A program made the translations under genes and the position numbers. A stretch of DNA of 52,221 nt, counting the filler, from Sphacelaria rigidula (Eukaryota), in NCBI GenBank assembly GCA_964200075.2. It is 3 parts of 3 records of this genome, joined end to end, with 100 filler letters (N's around TTAATTAATTAA, not from the genome) between each part and the next. Parts side by side here need not be neighbours in the genome. Positions count along the whole stretch, not along the records: positions 34,884 to 52,221 come from CAXNAA020001107.1; 2 more parts are not named here. The stretch is one strand, 5' to 3'. Numbering within the stretch: position 1 is the first letter of the stretch; every line of letters begins with the position of its first letter. Below, in pieces: positions 52,020 to 52,221 of the stretch. The notes under the pieces are model-generated. The model searched no databases and had not been told where the DNA came from. It saw only the letters and a program-made list of their open reading frames with translations.

Positions 52020-52221
52020 CTTCCTCTGTCCCATAAGTAAAGTCCGTTATGGGCTTTTAATCGTTTGTGCATTCAAACTCTTCCGATCATCCCATAGTTG
52101 AGTTCGCAGGAAAGATGAAGCGCCAACGAAGCTGATGCAAAAATAATAAAATAAATAAAAAGTTAGTGGTCCATACTAGAATGACGTCAAAATACGCTAA
52201 TTTTGGCCCACTTTTGGTCCA
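52020..52221. mobile_element. Possible left end of a Stowaway/mariner-like MITE running off the window
   Basis: TA followed by CTTCCTCTGTCCCATAAGTAAAGT resembles the CTCCCTCCGTCCC Stowaway terminus; no right TIR visible. Confidence 0.3.

Overview
Eukaryotic, transposon-rich nuclear DNA at roughly 50% GC, with short exons and long introns. It is most likely from a brown alga or related stramenopile; this is an inference from gene style, RxL motifs and TTAGGG repeats. Two artificial 100-bp N spacers containing TTAATTAATTAA interrupt the window. I could splice three minus-strand genes by hand. (1) A long multi-exon gene with C2-like segments starts at about 16603 and runs at least to 6094, probably further left across an intronic Copia remnant. 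(2) A polycystin-2/TRPP-like channel gene (about 18900-29230) has an IQ motif before S1 and a CxxC-rich insertion in the extracellular loop; its pore exons are not visible. (3) A complete 6-exon gene (36892-39352, 356 aa) encodes a secreted protein: signal peptide, RxL motifs, a 25-Arg polycationic tract, Pro/Thr stalks and an apparently circularly permuted C2 domain. Mobile DNA includes two decayed Copia fragments, an internally deleted RTE-like LINE, tRNA-derived SINEs and several foldback MITEs. Two families stand out: seven copies of a TGT...ACA MITE with 4-5 bp TSDs carrying internal (CCCTAA)n telomeric repeats, and non-LTR 3' ends that abut poly(C) instead of poly(A). All calls are by eye; no searches were run.
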